A DNA stretch of 63,865 nt, the filler included, from Ministeria vibrans ATCC 50519 (Eukaryota > Protista > Filasterea): assembly GCA_943704425.1 (NCBI GenBank). It is 9 parts of 9 records of this genome, joined end to end, with 100 filler letters (N's around TTAATTAATTAA, not from the genome) between each part and the next. Parts side by side here need not be neighbours in the genome. Positions count along the whole stretch, not along the records: positions 21,430 to 47,077 come from CALSCP010001679.1; positions 47,178 to 48,989 come from CALSCP010002496.1; positions 49,090 to 50,990 come from CALSCP010001471.1; positions 51,091 to 54,682 come from CALSCP010001600.1; 5 more parts are not named here. One strand, 5' to 3'. Positions 22,843 to 51,245 of this stretch are shown here, in pieces (the stretch's first letter is position 1; every line of letters begins with the position of its first letter). The position numbers and the translations under genes were made by a program. A model generated the notes under the pieces. The model was not told the DNA's origin and did not search any database. It saw only the letters and a list, made by a program, of their open reading frames with translations.

Positions 22843-22955
22843 TGAAAATTTCTCGAAAATTGTGAAATGTTGAAACTCAAATCTTAACCGATTCATTTTT
22901 TTGAAATTTACATCACTGCCTACAAATAACAAAACAATCTAATTCTAGTTTCTAC

Positions 22956-40132
<17,177 letters not shown>

Positions 40133-40163
40133 CACAAGTACAAATCCAAAATGATAATACACA

Positions 40164-41176
40164 TTACATTCCTGTGATATCAATACTCTCTTGAGACAAT
40201 CGCTCTTCTCGGTCGCTATCAGTACCATTGTGACTGTTATCACTCTGAGAGTCACTCTGATCCATCAACTTCAGTGCGATGTCTTCGTCTCGACTACTCA
40301 ATCGTTCAAATGAACCGACAGATTGATTTAGCTCCGAATCAATAAGAAACGAAAAGTAAATAAGTGACGACAGTGCGACCATCGCCACTGACACAGACGT
40401 CAGAATGTTAAACTGGTCCGGTCGCGACAAAATCATTGCTATACAAAAATGAATTTTTAAAGAAATCAGTAAAATAATAAGAACAGGGTTGTGTTACCTA
40501 AAGCGAATTTTGCGGTTTGAAAGACCATATTGAGACCCGTTTGCGTTCCGTTGACTGTTCCTCGTTCGTGTTCGGGGACTCGCTCCACCAATAATTGGGA
40601 ACAGGCAAGATCGAACGTCTAGAAAGTGTGTGTGTGTGTGAGTGAGTGAGTGATTGTGTATATATGAGTATGAGTATATTGTGTATGAGTGTGTGTATGT
40701 GTGTGAGTTGGGACAATATGAACGACAGTAATAAGTTTACCCATAGACCAAATCTGGCCATGATGGTTCCGGAGATGAGGAGAGGAATGGCTATGTGGCC
40801 CTGAGAGGAGGGAAGCCAGACGCCAACGACAGACGGAATGAGAGTCAGCAGCTCAAGAACAACTCCAATGAATCCTAAAAGAGAACAGGTTGGTTTTATG
40901 TTTGTATAGGAAGAGAGGAACGTCTCACCGGAACGAACGACACCATAAGAACGGACAAGACGCGCAAAGGTGAATGTGGCAGTGATTCCAAAGATGGCGC
41001 CTAAGCCACGACAAGCACCGAGAAGGGCAAGCGAAATGGACCCATGTGCGAAGATGTACGCAGTCATAAGGGTATCTAAAGACGCATTACGTGTGGAGGA
41101 ACAAATAGAGAAAGTGGCGAGTTAGTGAAAAGAGAGACGTGAAAAAAAAGTGACAGATTGGGTTTGGGAGTGAGAG

Positions 41177-41225
<49 letters not shown>

Positions 41226-42647
41226 ACCACAAAGATACACCACACATACACACCACAAAGATACACCACAAAGATACACCACAAAGACACACATACACAC
41301 ACTAAGTGCGTGTCTCTTTCTTGTTCAAGTGTCTCGTTACCGAATGAAAGGACGGTGAGATAGACACACGAGAGAGAGAGCCCTGCACGAAAGACGGACT
41401 GACGACGATACACTCTGACGCTGGAGAGTGCGTCTGAGACAGACTGGCGCACAGAGCGGGCAATACGGTGGGCAACAGAAGTTCCGTTGCCGTTCGTGGC
41501 GGGATTGTCTGGTGTGGTCGCGGCGGGATTGGAGTCGCGAGGGATTCCCTTGAGCTGAGGAAATGACGCATAAACGTGCGCCAGCATGACATATTCAAGA
41601 AAGACAGACGCGACATTCCAAAGTGCAATGAATATGGCGCCAAATAGAACGCCGCCTGTGCTGTCGAGGGTGTCTGTGCGCGGACTGTGCAGTTGCACTG
41701 ACATGAGCAGACCGACAAAGAGCGGCGCAAGTAATTTGCAACCCAGATCGATTCGCCGCAGCACCGCATTGAGTGCTGGAAAACACACAACAAGAAAATA
41801 AATGTGAAGCATCATTACTAGTATTCTAATGAGATGGGCGTCTTACCGGCGAGTGCAACCGAGTCGTTTTCGCAGATTTTGGCGGCCCACGTCCTCTCAA
41901 CAGCCACATTGCCTGCCACACTGCCAAGACGGGCGAGAGCGCCAAAGACAATGATGAAGACCAGGAGGAGGGTGCGCACAGGACTGTCCTCAGACACATG
42001 GCCGCCCAGGATGGCAAAGACACCGGCGGCGCAGAGAGCCACTGACGAATTCTGCCACACAAGGGAGATTTTGGCAGCTAACAGAGTGTAATGTATCAAA
42101 CACGGAAGGACCTTATAATTCCCTAAATCTGATTTGGTCCACATGATTGGCCTACCTGCCATGCGTTCTGTTCGGTCTACCCATGTGCCAATCATGCCGC
42201 CGAAGACAACGACGGACAGCGCCTCAGTCAGGCCAAAACTGGCAGTGAGCACAAACGAATTGGGCGACAGCGCAATGAGAAACAGCGCTACGGCAAATTC
42301 CCACATGCGATCGCCCTGTAGGAACGCATGGGGGTGGAAAAAGCAGCGTAGTGGGTAAGTAGGGGGGTAGGAGGGCAGGGGAAGGCGCAGATGCGACGGA
42401 GGAAGGGTGTTTAGTGTGGAATTCGAACCCAAGCGGAAAGAAGATGACTGCCACAGAGCAACCAAAAGGGCTTTCGACGACGCCACAGGCCCACCGGGTC
42501 ACAGCGACGTGTCGGAGCCTGGTCCGTCGATCGGGCGTCGGATTCGTCGAGCGTAGCGGGCGCAAGAGACGCCGTTGTGAGCGGCGGCATGAGCAGCGCC
42601 GGCTCGTCCGCCTCATCGCTGCTGTACAGCAGTGCCTCGTCCTCCAT
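40164..42647 (-). CDS. SLC40A1: Ferroportin (SLC40 iron exporter), multi-exon
   Basis: SHLLSAW|GDRMWEFAV, LNAVLRRIDLGCKLLAP, YLTVLSF|DTLMTAY, ARFGLW. Confidence 0.9.
41223..41292 (+). repeat. Second copy of the 13-bp (ACACCACAAAGAT)n minisatellite, in a ferroportin intron
   Basis: Same unit as 23712-23859. Confidence 0.85.
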
Positions 42648-43033
42648 CACGCACCCTGGACACGATACGATCCCCAAGAAACTGAATCGGACTGACGATT
42701 GAGTTGGAGTGAGTCGTTCTCCGCTGAAAGTTTGTGTACATAAGTTGATTGTGCGTGATCGGCGGTTGCAACGTCATCAACATTTATGGCACGACCGAAT
42801 TATCATTCTGCTCGATCCCAAACAGTGGCTACCACCTGTGCCCTATGATGACCTGTGATATGACCCCAGTATATATAGATTCTGGAAGAGATCGCCACGA
42901 AACAAACGGGCGAAAGAACAACGATCGCTGATCGGCATTTCTGTTATCTAATTGATTTTTTGAGGTTTAATTATTCTCATTTTTTTTTCACTTTCTCCGA
43001 CTTTTTCACCCTACTACATATCTATACATCAAC

Positions 43034-45097
43034 ATGCCTGTTGGAAAGCTTGGAGCGCACACTGGACAGAAGACCAACATTGGCAACGACTCTCTCTCGG
43101 TCGCTCACGCCAAGAGTACGCACGCTCCCGGCTCCCCCGCCTGCCCCCCGTGTCCCCACCCGCCCCTGTGATCGCCCCGTGTGCCGCGCGTCGTCCAACT
43201 CTTCCTTTCTTGCGTTTATTTCTTTTGTTTGGTTTCACGTTTTTTTTTTCTTTTTTTTTTTNNNNNNNNTTTTTTTTCTCGCCGATCCGCCGTTGCAGGC
43301 GTCCGTTTCGCTCGCTTTGCCGCCCTTGTTTGCTGGTTGCACGCATGCCAGACATCCATGCCGAAAGCACGCCGCGTCGACAGCGCCTTGTTCGCTTTTG
43401 AAAAAAGTGTTGACGCCAGCTTTTTTCGGATAACGAAAATAGTTTTGGCGATCTCGTCACTTTGTCGCGTTCGCACGCACGCTTTGCGTCAGGGGTATGT
43501 CGTGGCGTGCTCACACTGATGTGGTGCATCGCTGTGGCATACGGATGGCGTAGTCGACGATTGCGCTGACGTAAGGTGCGGCCTGGCGCCGATCTCGCCT
43601 GTTGCCAGCCCAGCTGCCTCGCTCTTTGCCTGGGCCCTCTCCCAACGCATGCTGCGTGTGCTGATGCCAACGAGAAATGCCCAAAAATCTCGCTATATGT
43701 TTCGGTTTTTTGTTTTCGGTGACGTATGACGCTTTTTTTTTGTCACCCTTGAAACCCAAAAAGAAGGCGATTTTGCCCTTTGCCGTGGGCTCGTGTCCGA
43801 CGTACCGTGACTGCACAAACCCGCCGGTGCGGTTCGCGCCCGCATCTGCTCGCTTTGTCTGCCGGTCTTTTTTTTTTTTGGTTTCGCCGAATCCTATTGG
43901 TCCAGGCACGAGGATTTTCAAAACCCCCTGGTGCCCTGTTCATTTGCCGATGTGTGTGCGCGCATCCTCCCGCACCAAGAATCTCCTCAGATTGTCTTGT
44001 CCTTTTTTGTTTATTTTGTTTATTTTGTTTATTTTTTGCCACAACTTTGGACATGTTGCTCGCACAGCCTCCGACGTCTCTGTCGCCGTCTGCTTTTGCT
44101 TGTATTTGTTTGTTTTTGCATCTCCATGCTGTTCTCTCCCCAGCCTTAGCCCCCACCACCGCACCACACTGCTCATCGTGCTGACTTTTTTTTTTCTTGG
44201 TTTGTTTTGTTTTCTCACAGACGTCCCCTCGCCGGCCCTGAGCTCTCGTGATGGCCAGTTCCAGAAGGGAACCACAGACAAGTACACCCTGACCAACGAC
44301 TCCGCCAACATTCTCGCTGCCACTGGTGAGTTAACCTTTTTTTTTCTTTTTTTTTTGACACTAAATTGATAATAATTAATATAGCTGCCCCTAAGGCCCA
44401 AATGGCTGGCAAGACCGGAATTGCGCAGAAGGGAACTGACCACAAGAACGCTCTTGGCGCTGATGCCATGGGTGTGCGTGCGGCCACTGAGGCGCCCAAG
44501 GCACAAATGGCTGGCAAGACTGGTCAGGCGCAGAGGGGAACTGACCACCAGCACGCGATGGGCGCTGATGCCATGAACGTGCGTGCGGCCACGGAGGCAC
44601 CCAAGGCACAAATGGCTGGCAAGACTGGTGTCGCCCAGAGGGGTACCGACGACAAGTACACGGTCGACATGAGCGCACAGGGCATTGTTGCCGGCACTCA
44701 AGCGCCCAAGGCACAGATGGCCGGCAAGACTGGTGTCGCCCAGAGGGGTACCGACGACAAGTACACCATGGATGCCGATGACTTCAAGGTCAAGGCTGCC
44801 ACTAGTGTCCCCAAGGCCGACATGGCCGGCAAGACTGGACAGGCCCAGAGGGGAACCAGCGACAAATAGTAAGAAGAAAAAAAAAAAAAAAACTGCGTTG
44901 TTGACCTTTTGTCTATAGCACTGTGCACACCGACTCGTTCGAAATGGCGGGTGCCAAGAAGGCGCAGACCACTCTCGGTAACGCTGCTCCCGACAAGATC
45001 ACCGTAAGCATTCTAAACAAATACTTTACATACACGACGTTCCCCACTCACATTTCTTCCTTCTACGCGTGTTTAGTCCAAGAGCAACATCACGTAA
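43034..45097 (+). CDS. 258-aa protein made of ~7 tandem 35-aa repeats (LimE/nebulin-like, putative F-actin binder); exons 43034-43115, 44221-44325, 44385-44868, 44919-45003, 45077-45097
   Basis: Phase-consistent GT-AG splicing gives an unbroken ORF; unit KYT...D(A/S)..V.AATxAPKAQMAGKTGxAQRGTDD; 105-nt periodicity. Confidence 0.8.
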
Positions 45098-45236
45098 GAT
45101 GTTTTCTCTCCTGTCGAAAACGAGCATAATCATCCGAAAATCTACAAAAAAAAACCAGCCTTCCATATTTTCAATAAATTTTTTTTAAAAGACAAAATTT
45201 GCTACAGCAGAAAAGAAGAGGGTCACACAATAGAGT

Positions 45237-46960
45237 CTATTCGTGTATAGTTTATTCTTGTGTGGCAAGCATAGCCTGGAATTTCTCCTGAGCGGTTCCG
45301 GAAAGTTTGTAGAACCCATTTTCATCGCTGATGGGCTAAGTAAGTAAGAGAGAAAGGGTTAGTTCATGTAGGCGATGTATGTGTGTGTATACTTCAGGAG
45401 CGACAGCCCATTCGCCAGACACGCGCAAGTGCACTCGGCTCGTCACAACTTGTGTGTCAAGCTGGAACGGAACAACATCCTGAGCACAAACAGATTTTAG
45501 TATTAATCATCAGAAACACTCTCTTTCAATTCAGACAAAACAACGCACACCACTTTCAGTCTTTCAACACACGCATTCGGACTCAGTTGCATACAACACA
45601 CATCTAGTCCACACTCACATATATATATATTATATAATATTGTATATAATATTATATATATAATATTATATTATACATATATATATTATACACGCTGACC
45701 CTCAGTTTCATACCAGTGCCATGGTCGACTTGTAAATGAGAAACTGGGGCGGTGCGCCGGCGGGCAAAGTGGGATCCTTTTCCTTCTCAAAGATGGCAAA
45801 GCGGCCCTTGCCTTTGCGCGCTGTCTTGACAAAAAAGGGCCCACAGCCCCCCAGGGACGTCAGGAACGACGCCCGCTTGCGCTCAGTCGAAGACGACCGA
45901 CGACGCAAAGTCATAAACTTGCCCTTCCTACATGGAAATATATGGGTGTAAGGTGTGATAGGTGCCGCTAGAAGACATCCCAGAGAGAGAGAGCGTGCGT
46001 GCGTGTATGAGCAAGAGATGTAGTGAGTGAGAGAGAATCGTATTGAAATGAGTAAAACAGAAACAAAACGGAACAACTCTCAGACAGTACACACTCAGAC
46101 AGCAGATGCATCGACACGCACACACACACACACATTACGTACAAAGCGGATTTTCCAACCATCTCAGTCCAATAGTCAAAGACACTCTCCAACAACGGAC
46201 GAGTGATCTTGATGCCATTGTCGTCAATTCCCATTTGTATTCCAATGTCTCCGTTTGTGTATGAGTTCCACAGTGGTCCTAAAGATTGGGTGAGATCAAG
46301 TAACACACACACAAGCACACACAGACTTGATTCAATGTAACAAAGTCGCTCAGACTCAGTGCACGAAACTGACACACAAATCACACCAGTCACACAAGTC
46401 ACACACAAGTGACACACAAGTCACATGCAGTCCCATCAACAAAACATATCCACGTGTTTCTCCCGCTTCCCTGTCACTTTGAAACTCTCTCTTTCCTCTC
46501 CCTCCCTCCCTCTCTCTCCCTCTCTCTCTCTATCACTTTGTTTCTTTCTCCTCTCTCTCTCTATCATATGGCTCTTTCTCCCTCCTCTTTCTCTGACCTC
46601 CTCCTTTGATTGCAGTTGCAAGTGACCTGACCACCAGTGGAATGTCTTGGAAGCGATCCTGAGCCTCGATGCGCTCAAACATGCTGACCTGAGTGCGTTT
46701 GAGGTACTCGTAGAAGGGAGCACGATCGTAGTGCTCGACATTGTGGAAGCGCGCGCGGCAGCTGTGGTAGAGGAAGGCCTCCGGCTGGTAGCCGGGCTCA
46801 ATGGCCCCGTGTGTCAGGACAATGTAGTTGCGCGCCTGGGTGTCAGTAGCGTTAGAAGAAAAGATTCAGTAAGGTCTAGTGCAATAACCTTGTCTGCTTG
46901 ACTGTCTGCCTTCTCAAAGTGCAAATCGGCCGTCGTGAAGAAGAGCATTTCAGGAAACGT
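45237..46960 (-). CDS. 3' part of an uncharacterised multi-exon gene, possibly calcineurin-like metallophosphoesterase fold
   Basis: Coding-like exons (YIVLTHGAIEPGY; GPLWNSY) between microsatellite introns; exon phases not fully resolved. Confidence 0.4.
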
Positions 46961-47023
46961 CTACACACATTGCAAACCAATCAACTCTTATGACTTTTCT
47001 CTCTCTCTCTCTATCACTTTGTT

Positions 47024-47076
<53 letters not shown>

Positions 47077-47222
47077 ANNNNNNNNNNNNNNNNNNNNNNN
47101 NNNNNNNNNNNNNNNNNNNNNTTAATTAATTAANNNNNNNNNNNNNNNNNNNNNNNNNNNNNNNNNNNNNNNNNNNNAGAGAGAGAGAGAGAGAGAGAGA
47201 AAGGAGGGACAAAGAAACAAAG

Positions 47223-47332
<110 letters not shown>

Positions 47333-47460
47333 GGAAAAAAAGTGATAGCGAAAGTGTGTGTGTGTGTGTGTGCATTGGTGTGTGAGTGGATGTGAAAGTG
47401 TGAGAGATGGTCAGAATGACAGAGACACAGTCCACAGATTCTTTCTCTTTCTGTGCGTAC

Positions 47461-48989
47461 CTCCTTCCCACAGACTCGCTTTGCATGCACGTAATCCTCC
47501 CGTGCCGTATTGTGCTCCAGCTGAAAGCATCCACACACAAAAAAACAGCGAATAAATACAAAAAGACTCTCTTGAGAAACGTACCAGGACCATTGTCACT
47601 CGTGTACCAAAGCATTGTGTCGTTGTAGTATCCATAGTCCACCAGAAGCTGACGCAGTCGCCCAATCTGCACGTCCATTTGTGTCGTTGCGCCAAAGTAG
47701 TCACCTCGTTCCTTCGGGTACATCGAGTAGTACTCTAAGGTGTAAAAGAGCAAAGAGAAAGTAAATGAGTGAAATTATGTGTGGGAGTGAGACTTTTCAG
47801 TCAACACACAGACAACGTAGGTTGGGAGGGAGAGAGAAAATAAGGGGGAGAAAATAGAAAACGAGCGTAGTGGTGTGTGTGAGTGAGTGAATAGTTTCGT
47901 ACGTGGCTCTGCCACAACCGGATTGTGCACTGAGTGCAGCCAAATGGTCGCATAAAACGGATCAGGAGAGTCCTTCTGGCGCGCAAAGAACGCCTAAAAC
48001 TAACCCATCAACACAGACATTAAAGACAGACAGAGCACCATTACTTCAACTTGGTCAATGAGAAAACGCGAGTCGTCTGCGGGGATCTTCTCCGTGATGT
48101 TAGACACACCAATGGGTGCACTTGCGTTGGCATGCCAGTAGTTGGTGCACTCAAACTACTTCAAGAGTCAGTCACGTATGTTGTATGCGCAACATTCTGA
48201 TGGTTATGTGACCATACCGACTTGTTTTGATAAATTCCTCCGCCAATAACACAATTCTCAATGGGAAAGAAGCAGCCACAGTTGGGGGTGGTTGAAGCAG
48301 CACTCGCCTCAGTCGCAAGCCATCTACACACATAATTATATGTAGACACACATGACATTTAAAGATGAGTAAGTACTCGTCATAGCCGTGCATTCCCGGG
48401 TGTGACACAGGCCATTTCTTGTTGCCTCCCTCTTTCACAAAAAAATCGCCCAAATGCCACTGTGTATAAAAAGTTTGCGATAGTTTGGTGATCCTATAAT
48501 TATATATGAGACCGTGTGTCAATACCTTGCCAAAGAATGCTGTGCGGTAGCCCTTTTTCGACTCTTTCAGCTACAATGCGTTGCAAGGAGACACAAACAA
48601 ACATAAGAAAGATCAATCATTGGATCAGACGTTACCGCTTGAGGAACTGTGAACACTCCAGTAGGGAGGGGATGGGGCTCAACACACTCCCAGGCAGGCT
48701 TTTGACCACATCCGTTGGCAGTCGGGACACACTCACGCATTGGGGTGCGACCTGTCAAAGCGGTCGCCTAAGCATTTCCTTCAGAACTTTATCACATTGT
48801 CTCACATTGACTCTCTCTTTTGTTTGTTTGTCTCATTTTGACTCACTCTCACTTTGACTCTCTGTCTCACTCTCACTTTGTCTCTCTCTCTCTCTCCCTC
48901 ACGCACGCCACACCCTCATCAGCCATACCCGTGTGGGACTGCACACCCCCGAACCGGCGTAGAAGCGAGTGAATTTAAGGACATGTTCA
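47461..48989 (-). CDS. Second S1 sulfatase, internal fragment (both ends off contig)
   Basis: RFYAGSGVCSPTR|ATALTGR, FFGK|WHLG, TQMDVQIGRL, YTSDNGP, GLRACKASLWEG. Confidence 0.9.
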
Positions 48990-49089
48990 NNNNNNNNNNN
49001 NNNNNNNNNNNNNNNNNNNNNNNNNNNNNNNNNTTAATTAATTAANNNNNNNNNNNNNNNNNNNNNNNNNNNNNNNNNNNNNNNNNNNN

Positions 49090-50990
49090 CGCGTTGCATG
49101 CAGTGCCGGCAAGTACCAGGACCAATATGGTCAGTCCGCGTGCAAGAATTGTGCGGCTGGTACCTACACGAAATCCACTGGTCGCACCTACTCGTGTTCC
49201 TCGTGTGCCTACAGTACGTACCAGTGTGGCTCGTTACAGCGTTTTTGTTTTGATGCGACTTACTTTCTGATGCTTTAGGCAAGTACCAGCCCAACGAAGG
49301 ATCATCGGTGAGTGAAAGGAGTTGATGCAATGCGCAGCGACCATTCTTAACTCATTTCAAATATTTTGTTCTATCGGTATTAGGAATGTTTCGACTGCCA
49401 CAAGTCGCTGACGTCGGCTCCCGTTGGCGATCGCAAAGCGTGTGTTTGCAAAGACGGCACCGTGAGCAAAGTTGGGTGTCATCCAATGGATGTGTATTTC
49501 AAGTGCGAAAGTAGTGCAGTGATTGCGCAGCTGACAGCGTCTGAAAGTGGCGACTGGAAGGTGGCGCCGAAGATTCCAGGTGCGCACCTTGAAGGAACAT
49601 CGACTTCGGATGGCTCCATTATCAACATTGGCGGCACTTCGAGTTACACTCGTGGCATCATTCAGGGCGCAGTGTACGCCGGAGACCAGTTTGATGTGTA
49701 CTTCAAGAGTTCTGTTTACGTAAGAGATGGGGGAGATCGTCTTTGTTTTTGTTTTGGCTCACATGTTTTTTGCACATTTCCACATATTTTCCGCATCTCT
49801 TCTAGCTCTTGTTGATGATGCCATGTGGGTGCAACACGGAGTCACGGCTGTGCAACTCAAACTACCCGACGTACAAGTCAAGTCTGACGCCCGAAGAGAG
49901 TATGTTCAATACATTGTTGAGAAAGGCAAGTTTGGTATGGTTTTGACTTGTTTTGTTTGTAGTTCTGGACGCACCTGAGAATTTTGCAGTGCGCCAAGGA
50001 GGTGGCAAGATTTACTTCTCGTGGAGCATCAACTCGATTTGCGCAACGGACTACGAACTGACACGTCAGGAAAGTCTCACGGGACCTCAGTTGCGCTTCT
50101 CCAACACACTGGAGCTGCCGCAGAGCTCGTGCACTGACCCAATGGCGCCCACTGACATCAACGATGATCTGACAGCAAGTCAATTGACTCTGGGATCGAC
50201 ATACTACTACTGCGTGTTTGGTGGCAATTCTGTTTTGGGCTACAAGTCCCAGCAAAGGTGAGAAGGAAGTCGAAGTTGGTCGAGGTGGAGAACGGGAACT
50301 CTGACACACGTATACGTTTTGTATTTTTGTATTTGTTTTTGTACTTGTTGCAGCTGCGTTCCATGGACTGTGCACTTTGATTCAAAGATTTATGTTGAAG
50401 TGCTGACGCTGCGCGGCGAACGTCCCGTTGAGGAGGTCAAAGTCGAGTGGGAGATCAAGACTGCGATTTGCGATGGGGTGACGGCCACGGGAGAGGCGGA
50501 CGAGGACACGGACGTGGTGGGCCGCACAAACTTCCGTGTGAACAAGCCTTGCCTGCTGAGCTCAAAGTACGTTGTGTACGTGACGGTGAGCAAGAACACG
50601 CATGGGATCGACCACATCTTCAAGTGTAAGGATGGTCAGTTCTGTGGTACTCGGCTGATTGAGATGGAGCACCTCAACTTTGACCACACGCTGACATTCT
50701 ACGACGCAACTACTGCGCCGGTGCAGGGCAAGGTGCAGGTTCCCATGCGCATTGGTGCATCGAAGGTAGACATTATTCCTGAGACGCGTCGTGATGCGTC
50801 GGACGAGGTGTACGATGCAGATGCGCCGTGGCCGTCGACACTGGGCGAGTCTGGTTCACATGTGTTCCACGCGATGCCGCACGTTGAGACGTTTGTGCAG
50901 AATCGCGACGCGAGATCGCAGTCGCTGGCAAAGCGTGCGAGCGGTGCGCAGGAGGTGGAGTTGGAGGCGAAGCCTGAGACGCGCCGCAGC
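49090..50990 (+). CDS. Fragment of a large extracellular protein: Cys-rich GCC/ephrin-receptor-like repeats followed by FN3/beta-sandwich-like region
   Basis: CSAGKYQDQYGQSACKNCAAGKYQPNEGSSECFDC; APENFAV..IYFSW..YYYCV; canonical splice sites incl. 29-nt microexon 49279-49307. Confidence 0.7.
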
Positions 50991-51090
50991 NNNNNNNNNN
51001 NNNNNNNNNNNNNNNNNNNNNNNNNNNNNNNNNNTTAATTAATTAANNNNNNNNNNNNNNNNNNNNNNNNNNNNNNNNNNNNNNNNNNNN

Positions 51091-51245
51091 CCTAACCCTA
51101 ACCCTAACCCTAACCCTAACCCTAACCCTAACCCTAACCATAACCATAACCCTAACCCTAACCCTAACCCTAACCCTAACCCTAACCCTAACCCTAACCC
51201 TAACCCTAACCCTAACCCTAACCCTAACCCTAACCCTAACCCTAA
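51091..51245 (-). repeat. Telomeric repeat (TTAGGG)n at a contig start, C-strand on +
   Basis: About 25 CCCTAA units with two CCATAA variants at 51138-51149; orientation fits a left chromosome end. Confidence 0.93.

Noticed and set aside
44385-44868. Calponin (CLIK) repeats
   Set aside because: Period is 35 aa and the LQMGTNK..SQ.GM consensus is absent
51091-51245. Interstitial telomeric sequence / chromosome fusion
   Set aside because: Appears internal only because of concatenation; it is at a contig start
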